Source: Chiloscyllium plagiosum
Lineage: Eukaryota
Direction: 5' to 3'
NCBI RefSeq assembly: GCF_004010195.1
Contig: NC_057718.1
Location: forward strand, 61,486,095-61,538,237
DNA length: 52,143 nucleotides
Part shown: one piece after another, positions 11,357-23,329 of the stretch
Numbering within the stretch: position 1 is the first letter of the stretch
How the letters are laid out: each line of letters begins with the position of its first letter
Program-made: the position numbers and the translations under genes
Notes under the pieces: model-generated
What the model saw: only the letters and a program-made list of their open reading frames with translations
Database searches by the model: none
Told to the model about the DNA's origin: nothing

Positions 11357-12468
11357 GAACATAGAACATAGAACAATACAGCACAGAACAGGCCTTTCGG
11401 CCCACGATATTGTGCCGAACATTTGTCCTAGCTTAAGCACCTATCCATGTACCTATCCAATTGCCGCTTAAAGGTCACCAATGATTCTGACTCTGCCACT
11501 CCCACAGGNNNNNNNNNNNNNNNNNNNNNNNNNNNNNNNNNNNNNNNNNNNNNNNNNNNNNNNNNNNNNNNNNNNNNNNNNNNNNNNNNNNNNNNNNNNN
11601 NNNNNNNNNNNNNNNNNNNNNNNNNNNNNNNNNNNNNNNNNNNNNNNNNNNNNNNNNNNNNNNNNNNNNNNNNNNNNNNNNNNNNNNNNNNNNNNNNNNN
11701 NNNNNNNNNNNNNNNNNNNNNNNNNNNNNNNNNNNNNNNNNNNNNNNNNNNNNNNNNNNNNNNNNNNNNNNNNNNNNNNNNNNNNNNNNNNNNNNNNNNN
11801 NNNNNNNNNNNNNNNNNNNNNNNNNNNNNNNNNNNNNNNNNNNNNNNNNNNNNNNNNNNNNNNNNNNNNNNNNNNNNNNTAGACCCCAAGGTCCCTCTGC
11901 TCCTCCACCTTACTAAGGTGGAACCCTACCGTTAACCCTGTATTCCGCATTCTTATTTGTCCTTCCAAAATGGACAACCTCACACTTGACAGGGTTGAAC
12001 TCCATCTGCCACTCCTCAGCCCAGCTCTGCATCATATCTAAGTCCCTTTGCAGCTGACAACAGCCCTCCTCACTAGCCACAACTCCACCAATCTTCATAT
12101 CATCTGCAAATTTACTGACCCACCCTTAGACTCCCTCTTCCAAGTCATTAATAAACATTACAAACAGCAGAGGACCCAGAACTGATCCCTGCGGAACTCC
12201 ACTTGTAACTGGGCTCCAGACTGAATATTTACCATCTACCACCACTCTCTGACTTCGACTGGTTAGCCAGTTCTCTATCCAACTGGCCAGATTTCCCACT
12301 ATCCCATGCCTCTTGACTTTCCGCATAAGCCTTCCATGGGGAACCTTATCAAATGCCTTACTAAAGTCCATGTACACTACATCCACTGCTCTACCCTCAT
12401 CCACATGCATGGTCACCTCCTCAAAGAATTCAATAAGACTTGTAAGGCAAGACCTACCCCTCACAAAC
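11357..12468 (-). mobile_element. CR1 LINE RT/3' region spanning an assembly gap (N 11509-11879)
   Basis: ORF 12126-12554: [47 protein letters not shown] motif near 12100; GAACATA repeats at 11357. Confidence 0.95.
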
Positions 12469-13230
12469 CAGAAAGGAGAAGCATGGAAACAATCCAGAAG
12501 AGCACATGATCTTAGCAGTAAAAAGTACTGAGTGAAAATCAATGTAAATCCCAAGGGCCAGCAGAGAATTGGACTTCATTTCAGAACATTTTATTTCCTC
12601 TCTTGCTAATATTCAACACACCCATAAAGCTGATAAACCAACAGTTCATCAGAATAAAATATAGCAGTTCATTCGATAGCAGCCAGTGGAAGAAGCCAAT
12701 TATAACTCGGGATAAATAGCCTGAAAGTTTCATAAATTCAGTATCAGAGTCACAGAGACTGACTGATACAGTGCAGCCTGGTATAGCCACACAGTCCTGG
12801 AGATTGGAGATTTTATGAATGATAGAAGTCCAGCCATAAAAAAAAGCTCAGGTAAAATGTTGTATTTTCCTGGAATCAGAAGACATCATGGAGCCATGAA
12901 AATGACAACCAGGGACCATTCTGGGATTCACACTGCATTCTTCAGTTCTCTGGTTTTCCCAAGGATCTTTTAAGGTGACAGTTGACTTGAGTAAGGAGCC
13001 CCTACCCTGAACTTCTAACCTGATCACTTCCATTAAGGAATTAGGCATGTCATGTCTTCCACCATTTTCGTGGACAGGTTTTTAAAGGTTTCATGTGGTC
13101 AGTAATACTTGATGTTACATTATGACCTGTAGCTATTATTACTAAGGCATATCAATGACATTCTAGGTAACTGAAAATCAACTCATTCTAACATCCTCAT
13201 TAATGGTTGCCTGTGAACAACAATAAATAC

Positions 13231-14235
13231 TGTTATGATGTTGGAGACATGTATTGTACCTTTAAGAGAGAGTGAATGCTGTTCTGAACTGAGAGATTAT
13301 AAGCACCTATGTCATATGACAAAACAACAGTCTCAGAGTGTACTGGAAAATTGAAACTATGTAACATTTGGCTGTGAAATAGATACCCGAGTTGGCTGCT
13401 GTTTTGACAACAATTCAAATTTAACCAGTTTAAACAATGCTCCAGAATACTAAAAGCTGAATAATGTGTTGCTGGAAAAGTGCAGCAGGTCAGGCAGCAT
13501 CCAAGAAGCAGGAGAATCGACGTTTCAGGCATAAGCGCTTCTTCAGGAAGGGCTTATGCATGAAGAAGGGCTTATGCCTGAAACATCGATTCTCCTGCTC
13601 CTTGGATGCTGCCTGACCTGTTGCGCTTTTCCAGCAACACATTTTTCAGCTCTGATCTCCAGCATCTGCAGTCCTCACTTTCTCCCAGAATGCTAAAACT
13701 CAATTGAGTTTGGATTAATTGTTTTGCCAACTTCAAACCAATGAGATGATCTGATTTCAGGGCTATAAAAAAGGCAGGCATGTTGAAAATCAGACAGAGC
13801 AACTGCCATCATCACAGACCCAAGAAATTAGGAAATACTCCCTCAAAATACCCTTTCAAATGAAACATATTTGCGTAAAGAGAAAGGAGACAAGCCAGGG
13901 AAGTCTTCAACCGGAAGGAAGCAGACACCAAAGACAACAGCCGCTGTATGATTTTAAAATTAAGCTGATGTATTTTGATAAGTGTTTTATTGGAACAGTA
14001 TATTGCTATAGAGTTGGAGGCAGACAATAAGCAGTTAAGAGAAAGGGGGCTTAGAGTTGTAAATAGTTGTTTAATGTTCACTTTTAGAGTTTTAAAAAAA
14101 ATTGATGTATTTGCTTTAAATAGTGAAATCTGGGGAGTTCTCTGTTACTCATACTTTAACAGATTACAAGGTGAGGTGAGCCTTTCTGGGTGTTTGGGTT
14201 TAATTAACAGAAGGGTTCACCACTATGTCGTAATA
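13231..14235 (+). repeat. 5' LTR of the Gmr1-type element
   Basis: Starts TGTTA; 13956-14235 aligns with 18891-19168; followed by the PBS-like sequence. Confidence 0.9.
13456..13684. mobile_element. Palindromic Penelope-derived (pLTR) insert with hammerhead-like core
   Basis: Inverted arms; TGAAGAAGGGCTTATGCCTGAAAC; TSD CCAGAAT(A/G)CTAAAA at 13442-13455 and 13685-13698; same family as 44227-44450. Confidence 0.85.
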
Positions 14236-14950
14236 GTTAGGGGACTCTTGTCTGAGATTTTGAAAGGTTTAGACAGATTCAATCGGAGATTTCAACAGAT
14301 TTGAGATATGAAAGATCCCAGCAGATTTAAACACTTGCTGATTAGTGTCCGAGATCTTTAAATAAAATGTAGGTGAGACAATTTGCTTAATTTCAGTTAC
14401 TTGTGGTTGGTTAAATTAAAATTTAGAGAAATGGCTTGAAAAGATTGCTGAAGAGATTCTGGGGTTTGAAAATGCTTCCCAAATCTGCCAAGGAAGTTTA
14501 GAAAGACAGGGGAAGAGCAATCTTTTAAAATTAGTAAACAGGTTACAATTGGGTTTAACCAGGGACAAATGGAAAGCTGAAATTGTAAGTGAGTTGGGCA
14601 AGCACTTTGGTGCATCAGAGAAACAGAGAAGTGCAGTAGAGTTAGAAAAAACTTAAATTGCAATTGAGGCAAATGGAGTGAGAAAGTAAAGAAAGAGAAA
14701 GAAATAGAGAGTAGAAAGAGAGAGGGTGGAAGAAAGAGAGAAAGAGAAGAAAGAGAGAGAGAAGAAAAAGAAAGAGAAAGAAGGTTTTTAGCTGAGCAAA
14801 GAGAAACAGAAGAAAGAGATAGAAAAGAAAGAGAAAGGGAGAGAGAATCTGAACTTGAGAAGTTGCGAATTATGAAAGTCAGGTTAACAGTATGGAGATG
14901 AAGAGAGACAGTAGTGATATGTTAAAACATTGCCACATTTTATTGAGGAA

Positions 14951-16028
14951 GAAGGAATGATTAGGGATAGTCAACATTGCTTTGTTCGTGGGAAATCATG
15001 TCTCACAAACATGATTAGGTTTCTGATCAAAAGTAGTAGACCTAGCACTGATCCTTGTGGCACTCCACTGGTCACAGCCCTTCAGTCTGAAAAATAACCC
15101 TCCACCACTACCCTCTGTCTTCTACCTTTGAGCCAGTTCTGTATCCAAATGGCTAGTTCTGCCTGTATTCCATGAAATCTCACCTTGCTAACCAATCTCC
15201 CATGGGGAACCCTGTCAAATGTCTTACTAAAGTCCATATAGATCACATTTACTGCTCTGCCCTCATCAATCCTTTTTGTTACTTCTTCAAAAAACTCAAG
15301 TTTGTGAGACATGATTTCCCATGCACAAAGCCATGTTGACTATCCCGAATCAGTCCTTGCCTTTCCAAATACATGTACATCCTGTCCCTCAGGATTCCCT
15401 CCAACAACTTGCCCACCACCAACATCAGGCTCACCGGTCTATAGTTCCTTGGTTTGTCATTACCACCTTTCTTAAATAGTGGCACCTCATTAGCCAACCT
15501 CCAGTCTTCCCACACCTCACTTATGACTATCGATGATACAAGTATCACAGCAAGGGGCCCAGCAATCACTTCTCTGGCTTCCCACAGAGTTCTAGGGTAC
15601 ACCTAATCAGGTCCTGGGGATTTACCCACGTTAATGAATTTCAAGACATCCAGCACTTCTTCCTCTGTAATATGGACATTTTTCAAGATGTCCCCATCTA
15701 TTTCCTTACATTCTATACCTTCCATATCCTTTTTCACAGTAAACCCTGATGCAAAATAATCGTTTAGTATCTCCCCTATCTCTTGCGGCTCCAAACAAAG
15801 GCCGCCCTGCTGATCTCTGAGGGACTCTATTTTCTCCCTAGTTACCCTTTTGTCCTTAATATATTTGTAAAAACCCTTTGGATTCTCCTTAATTCTATTT
15901 GCCAAAGCTATTTCATGTCCCCTTTTTGCCCTCCTGATTTCCCTCTTAAGTATGCTCCTACTGCCTTTATACACTTATAAGGATTCACTCGATCTATCTT
16001 GTCTATACCTGACATATGCTTCCTTCTT
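14951..16028 (-). mobile_element. CR1/HER1 internal fragment inside the gypsy gag-PR region, with a short plus-strand piece at 14951-15025
   Basis: ORFs 15603-15974, 15279-15602 and 15082-15312 give IKENPKGFYKYIK, KSPGPD, NYRPVSL, QHGFVHGKSCLTNL, YMDFSKTFDRVPH. Confidence 0.93.
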
Positions 16029-16599
16029 TAGCTGAACAGAAATTTAGCATTCCTCTGTGTAAGATCAGGTTGGAGAACCAAATCAAGACTGGGAAGTAAC
16101 AGTGGGAGTGATTGACAGAGTGTCAGTTCCAGGAATACAGTTTGTTCTTGGGAACAATTTAGCAAGATCCAAGTTGTGAGTAACACCCCCTGTTGTGAAG
16201 AAGCCAAAGAGAGACCAAGAAACTGAGGAGTTAAAAGAAAAATACACTGGAATTTTTCCAGACTGTGTAGTAACAAGATTCCATTATCATAAGCCACAGC
16301 AAGAAGCAAAAACTAAAGAGAAAGATGAGGGAGTTGAGGTTCAGTTAGCAGACACCCTGTTTGATATAATGGTGCAGGAAAAACCTGAACAGGAAGAGGG
16401 TCAGGCAGAAATGTTGAGAGCTAAAAGGCCAATGGACTTAAAACAGAAAGATGAGACAATAAAAGATATATATATAGATACATAGTCAGAAAAGGAATCA
16501 GAATGTATTCCTGAGGGTTATTATCTAAAGATAGAACCCTAAGACGAAAATGGAGATCTCAGCAAGTTAGTGCGGAGGAGAATGGGCGGAAGTGCACCA

Positions 16600-17565
16600 G
16601 ACTGTGTTGTCGGTAGCATATAGGCAGGATGTTTTATGGGTAGCACATGAGTTACCAGTAAGAGGTCACCTAGGCTTGAGGAAGACTCGGGCTAAAGTAT
16701 AAAAGCACTTCTATTGACCTGGACTGCACAAGGATGTGGTTAGGTTTTGCCATACATTCATACATGCCAAATGGTACGTAAGCCACAGGCAGTAATAAAA
16801 CCAGCACCATTGTTGCCAATTCCTGCATTCGAAGAACTTTTCACATGGGTTATGATTGATTTCTGGAGGGAATTCCATTAAGGAGTATTAAAGCAAAAAC
16901 GTTTGTAGCTTTCTTCACACGGTATGGGCTGCCCAGAGAGATTCAGTCAGACCAAGGGTCTAATTTTATTGCTAGGCTGTTTAAGGAAGTCATGGATTGC
17001 TTAGGCATGCAGCTCTTTAAATTAAGTGTGTATCATTCTGAATCCCAGGTAGCTTTGGAAAGGTAGCATCAGACCCTAAAGACCATGTCAAGAGCATACG
17101 TTCAGGATTATCTGAATAACTGGGACAAAGGTATTCCATTCATACTATTTGCCATTAGAGACGTCCCAAATGAATCGACTCAGTTTACTCCCTTTGGACA
17201 TGAAGTGAGAGGGCCTTTGAAATTAATTAAAGGAAAACTGACAGGACCAAAGTCAGAGATCTCACACTTGGATTGTGTATCTGAGGTGAATGAGAAATTA
17301 AATCAGGTAGGTTAGTTAGCTAAACAGCACCTGAAGAGGGCATAGCATCAGATGAAGCAGATAGCAGATAAAACTCTGAAATTTGGATGTTTTCCCATGG
17401 AGATAATGTATTAGCATTGTCACCAGTAGTAGGAGATCCCTTCAAAGCTAGGTTTAGTGGTCCCTAACAACTTGAGAAAAAGTTGAGTCAGGTAAACTAT
17501 CTGATAAAGATGCCAGTAGAAAAATACTATATTGGATATGCCATGTGACCATGTTGAAACCTTAT
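16600..17565 (+). pseudogene. Gypsy integrase remnant (HHCC, DDE core, GPY/F)
   Basis: AHELPVRGHLG..KHFY*PGLHKDVVRFC..TCQ; GLPREIQSDQGSNF..ER*HQTLK..WDKGIPFILFAIRDVPNESTQFTP; ARFSGP*; multiple stops and frameshifts. Confidence 0.9.
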
Positions 17566-17706
17566 TATAATAGAGACAGTAAACTGGAGAAAAAGGTGAT
17601 AATTCCTGCCCTGCAGGGAGAGGAATCAAATCCAAATGTCGTGGAATTTGATGCACCTCAAAATACATGAAACAATGAGGAAGTCTTTGAAGACTGGGTT
17701 AGGTGA

Positions 17707-18890
17707 GTGAACTATTTGTCTCAGGAGCAAAGAACCCAGTTAAAAGGTTTGTTGCAGCAGTATGAGGACATCCGCAGGAATAAGATGGGGAGGACTACTA
17801 CTATTGTGCATGAAGTGGAAGTACAGAATGCTGTCCTGATAAAACAATACCCCTACAGACTTAATCCTTTCAAAGCCACACAGGTCCAGAAGGAATTGGA
17901 TGTGAGGTTCATCGAAGATATCATCGAACTGAATCAGAGTGAGTGGAGTTTGCCTATTGTGTTAGTTTCCAAACTTGATGGGACTCAACAATTTTGTATA
18001 GAGTTTCGGAAGGTCAACGCTGTATCAAATCAGACTCTATACCCAATACTAAGATTGGAGGACTGTATAGAGAAAGTTAGACAAGTCAATTGGATCACAA
18101 AGTTGGATATACTGAGTGGTTATTGGCAGGTGCCTTTATCAGAGAAAGCAAAATAAATTTCTGCATTTGTAACCCCAAATGGGCTATATCAATTCAGAGT
18201 GATGTCTTTTGGAATGAAGAACACCCCAGCCACATTCTGAAGACTCATGAATAGGGTTGTAGCTGGATTAACAAAGTGTTCAGTTTATCTGGATGATATG
18301 GTGATCTTTAGCGACTCATGGAAAATCACATGGTACAGTTGGCTGAGCTCTTTGAATGATTATGAGAAACAAACGAGTGATAAACTTAAAGAAAACAGAA
18401 TGTGTGAAGGCAGAGGTGACATTCTTGGGACATAACATTGGGTCATGGAAGGTTGACCCCAAGCAATGGCCCGAAGAAGATGAAGGCCATCAAGGAATTT
18501 CCAAGGAACTCCTCAAAGAAAGGGGTGCTTTGATTTTTGGGACTAAGTTGATTCTACCAGAAGTTTGTTCCAAACTTCAGCAGTGTGATGGCACCGCTAA
18601 CAGATTTATTAAAGAAGAACACAAAATTTCAGTGGACAGAACAATGTCAAGAGGCATTTGAGCATTTAAAAGCAATATTAATCACTGCACTAGTTTTAGC
18701 CTTCAAAGTTGCAATTGATGGTAGTGATATAGGAGTTGGAGCTATACTGCTACAGGAAGATGATGATGAAATTGAATGGCCAATTGGCTACTTTTCATAG
18801 AAACTCAACACTCACCAGAGAAAATACTCTACTATTGAGAAAGAATTATTGAGTTTGATACTGGCCTTACAACATTTTAATGGTTATATG
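17707..18890 (+). pseudogene. Gypsy reverse transcriptase and RNase H remnant
   Basis: KQYPYRL..SEWSLPIVLV..KLDILSGYWQVP..MSFGMKNTPATF..VYLDDMVIFS; RNase H FKVAIDGSDIGVGAILLQ..IGYFS*KL..YSTIEKELL. Confidence 0.93.
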
Positions 18891-19168
18891 AAATTAAGTT
18901 GATGTAATTTTTATAAGTGTTTTATTGGAACAGTATAATGTTATAGAGTTGGAGACAGATAATAAGTAGTTAAGAGAAAGGGGAGCTTGGAGTTGTGAAT
19001 AGTTGTTATTTAATGTTCACTATTAGAGTTAAAAAACGATGTTGTTTTCTTTAAATAGTGGAATTTGGGAGTTCTCTGTCACTCATACTTTAACACATTA
19101 CAAGGCGAGGCGAGCTTTTCTGGATATTTGGTTTAATTAAGAGAAGGGTTCACTGCCGTGTTGTAACA
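18891..19168 (+). repeat. 3' LTR (distal part only) of the Gmr1-type element
   Basis: Direct repeat of 13956-14235; ends TGTAACA followed by TSD ATAC. Confidence 0.9.
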
Positions 19169-20207
19169 ATACACCTAAAAAGTAATTAATCGGTTAAGAA
19201 ATATTTTGGGACTTCTTAAAAATGCAATATAAAAGCAAATTCATTCTGTCTTGTACTGTTACTCAGAGCAATACGTCATGACATTAAAAAGAGTGGCTAT
19301 TGGGGGCTGTGTAGCAACACAATAGATAATGTGTCACTATAAGTACCAAGCTCACTATAACAGATTTTGATCATTATTTTTAAGAGGTGACTAACTGCAA
19401 TACTTCAGTGTTGGAGACATTCTCTGATGATGATGAAAAATATCAAACATAGTTAAAAGGAAATCACCTAAAAGAACCTCACACCAGCATTATTGACAGG
19501 ATAGTAGACTGTATAATTTTCAAATTCACTGTTACTTAAGACAAACATTGTTTCCCTGACAACTACCTATTGTTAATTATTGTTAAATTTATAATTACTC
19601 ATAACTATTTTACTACAGCTTTCAATGCTGGAGTGTTTAACTTCCAAAATGTCAACTCTAACTCAATGCTTCTCACTGTACATCTTTCCACTATTCCCTT
19701 GTGAGGACTCATATTCAGTCTGGTCAATTATAATAACATCCTTAATCATTTCTGGGCATTGTTTTGCAGGGATAGTGGGAGAAATTGTATAACATTTTTG
19801 TGAGCTTTTTTTTTAAAGATGTTGAAAATCTCCTATGGAATTTCTTACCTCCATTTTGATGGGATGATCTCCTGGTTGCCTCCTACCTTCCAGAACAACA
19901 GTGTAGATGAGTCAGAATCATGATGAGAATCAGTGCAAAAACAGGCCAGTCCTTTTTTTTGTTCCTTTCTGCTTATCAAATATAGAGGGTAGCAGTGTTG
20001 AGCTTCCATTTGAAGATGATAACCTTTTAAACCCTTCAAATTGAACATTTATAGAATAACCACTGAATGCATATTGTATTTGTGCTTGCACTCTGTTGAC
20101 TACATTTTCTATTTTAAAGCCCAAATAACCTCCCAGCTTTACAATTAGCATTTTTCTTCCCCAAAAATGGGCATCAGTGATGGATTCTCTGGGGTCTTGC
20201 TATCACT

Positions 20208-21330
20208 TAGAACATAGAACATAGAAAAGTAGAGCACAGAACAGGCCCTTAGGCCCACGATGTTGTGCTGAGAATTAATCCTAATGTAAAATATAGTAAC
20301 TTAACCTACGCACCCCTCAACTCACTGCTATCCATGTGCATGTCCAGCAGTCACTCAAATGCCCCCAATGACTTCGCTTCCACCACCTCAGCTGGAAATG
20401 TATTCCATGCATTCACAACTCTCTGCATAAAGAACCTCCCTCTGATGTCTCCTCTATACCTTCCTCCTAATATCTTCAAACTATAACTTCTCGTACTAGT
20501 CAATCCTGCCCGGGTGAAATGTCTCTGGCTATTGGAATCTTATCTATTCCTCTCATTATTTTGTACACCTTGATCAGGTCTCCTCTCTTCCTCCTTCTCT
20601 CCAGAGAGAAAAGTCTGAGCTTATTCAACTTTCTTCATAAGACAAGCCCCTTCAGTCCAGGCAGCGTCCTGGTAAGCCTTCTTTGCACCCTCTCCAAAGC
20701 ATCTGTATCTTTCCTATAGTAGGTCGACCAGAACTGGATACAATATTCCAAATGTGGTCTCACCAGGGACTTGTAGAGCTGCAGCAAAACCTTGCGGCTC
20801 TTAAACTCAATCCCCTGTTAATGAAAGCCATATGCTTTCTTAACAACCCTATCCACTTGGGTGGCAACTTTAAGGGATCTATGTACTTGCACACTCAGAT
20901 CCCTCTGTTCCTCCAGACTGCCAAGAATCCTGTCTTTAATTCTTTATTCAGCATTCGAGTTCGACCTTCCAAAATGCATCATTTAGCATTTATCCAGGTT
21001 GAACTCCATCTGCCATTTCTCAGCCCAGCTCTGCATCCTGTCTATGTCACGCTGCAGCCTGCAGTAGTCCTCTAAACTATTGACGACACCTCCAACCTTT
21101 GTGTCATCTGCAAATTTACTAACCCACCCCAAACCTCCTCATCCAAGTCATTTATAAAAACTACAAAGAGCAGAGATCCAAGAACAGAGCCCTGCGGGAC
21201 CCCACTCAACACTGTCTTCCAGGCAGAATGCTTTCCATCTACAACCACTCTCTGCCTTCTGTCAGCCAGCCAATTCTGAATCCAGATAGCCAAATCTCCC
21301 TGTATCCCATACTTCCTGATTTTATGAAGC
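20208..21330 (-). mobile_element. CR1 LINE 3' portion
   Basis: ORF 21072-21332: [34 protein letters not shown] repeats at the 3' end. Confidence 0.93.
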
Positions 21331-21382
21331 ATTTGACTTGATGTAGCATTTTCAAAACTTGCTGAAAGGCATACTTTTATAA

Positions 21383-23280
21383 GGATGTAAGAATTAGGAT
21401 CAGGAGGAGGCAGTTCAGCCCCTCAAGCCTACTCTGCCATTCAATGTGATTGTGACTGATCTCATCTCGGCCTCAACTCTAAATTTCTACTCACTCTCCA
21501 AGAACCTAATTCCTAATTAAAAATCTGTCTATCTTCTACTTAAGATTTTACAGGCTCCAGGCTTCCATTGTACTCCGGGTCAATGAAATTTCACAGATTC
21601 ACAACCCTTCCAATGAAGTATCCATCCTCATATCTGTTTTAAATCTGCTACCTCTTATCCTAAAACTGCAACCTTTCAATCAAGATTTCCCCACAAGGGG
21701 AAACATCTGCTCTGTGCCTATTTTGTAAATCCCCTTTAGCCATCATATACCTCTCAATTAGATGTCCTTTCATTCTTCTAAATTCTATAGAGAACTGCTA
21801 AACTGCTCAATCTTCTCTTCATAAGTCAAACCCCTCCTTTCTGAAATCAACCTGGTGAACCTCCTCTGAACTGCCTCAAGTGCAACTGCATCCCTCCACA
21901 AGAAAGGGGACCAAAACCATTCTCAGTGTACCAGGTACGGTCTCCCCAGTGCCTTGCACAGTTGCAGCAACACATCCCTACTTTAATAGTCTATTCCTTT
22001 AGCAATAAATGCCAAAATTCCATATTACTTTCTTATATTGAAAGTGGTGTCACAAGTAGATAGGATAGTGAAAAAGGCATTTGTTATCTGTTCCTTTATT
22101 GGTCAGTGCATTGAGTATAATAATTGGGAGGCCATGTTGCACCTGTACTGGACATTGGTGAGGCCACTTTTGGAATATGTATGCAACTCTGGTCTCCCTG
22201 TTGTAGGAAGGATGTTGTAAAACTTGAAAGGATACAGAAAGGATTTACAAAGATGTTGCCAGGGTTGAAGAGTTTGAGCTACAGGGAGAGGCTAAATAGG
22301 CTGAGGCTATTTTCCTGGAGTATCAGAGGCTGAGGAGTGACCTTATAGAGGTTTATAAAACCATGAGGGGCATGGATAGGGTAAATAGACCAGGTCTTTT
22401 CCTCGTGGTGGGTGAGTCTGAAACTGGAGGGTGTAGGTTTAAGGGGAGAGGTTAAAGATTTAAAAATAATCTAAGAGGTCAACTTTTCATGCAAAGAGTG
22501 GTGAGTGTATGGAATGAGCTGACAGAGAAAGTTGTGGAAGCTGGTACAATTGCAACATTTCAAAGGCATTTGGATGGGTACATGAATAGGAAGGGTTTAG
22601 CAAGTTATGGGTGAAATGATGCCAAATAGGACTAGATTTATTTAGGATGGTTGGTCAGCATGGACGAGTTGGACCAAAGGGTCTGTTTCCGTGTTGTACG
22701 TCGTTATGACTCCATTACTTGCTGTACATACTTGACTTATTCGCAAGGACATCCGAATCCCTCTGAAGTTTTCCATCTTTCAGATAATAAGCTTTTTTTA
22801 TTCTTCCAACCAAAACAGTTAACCTCACACTTATCTATGTTAAACTCTATCTGTCAAATTTTGATCTATTCACCTAACCTATCCATATCCACTTCTAAAT
22901 TTTTCATTTCTACAGTGCAACCTTCTTTCCCAATTATTTTTAGTATAGACTGCAAATTTGCCTATAGTATATTCCATCCCTGCATTCAGGGCATTAATAT
23001 AATTTATTAGTAGTTGGGGCCCAAGGACCAAACTCAACCACCAATTACATCTTGCCAACCAGAAAAAGATCCATTTATCCCTGAGTCTCTGTTTTCTGTT
23101 GGTTAATCAAACCTCTAACCAAACTAATATATTACTTTTAATCATATATGATATTACCTTATGTATTAACCTTTTGTGCCACACTTTATCAAGAAGTCCA
23201 GATATATACAGGATTCCCATTATCCACTTTGCTATTTACATCTTCAAAGAATTCTAGTAAATTAGTCAAACACAATTTAC
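21383..23280 (-). mobile_element. Older CR1 LINE split by a younger plus-strand copy
   Basis: CR1 3' end at 21383-21500; degenerate RT-derived sequence continues 22715-23280. Confidence 0.75.
22037..22712 (+). mobile_element. HER1/CR1 LINE 3' fragment
   Basis: LYWTLVRPLLEY..LSYRERLNRLRLFS; tail GGACCAAAGGGTCTGTTTCCGTGTTGTA..TATGACT. Confidence 0.93.
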
Positions 23281-23329
23281 CACTTCAGCATAGATGTAGT
23301 TAGTTTGCTTAGTAGATAATGTAGCATTA

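Larger units (their letters stand above)
13231..19168 (+). mobile_element. Decayed Ty3/gypsy LTR retrotransposon, Gmr1-type order gag-PR-IN-RT-RH
   Basis: TG..CA termini with 4-bp TSD ATAC (13227-13230, 19169-19172); LTR pair; degenerate tRNA-Pro-type PBS 14236-14258; gag start near 14432 with E/R/K-rich tract; protease C-half 16030-16170; integrase precedes RT. Confidence 0.93.

Noticed and set aside
11428..11983. Long ORFs of 133-171 aa
   Set aside because: Artefacts of the N gap at 11509-11879.
14680..14850. GA-rich simple repeat as an independent microsatellite
   Set aside because: Lies within gypsy gag and is consistent with its E/R/K-rich coiled-coil region.
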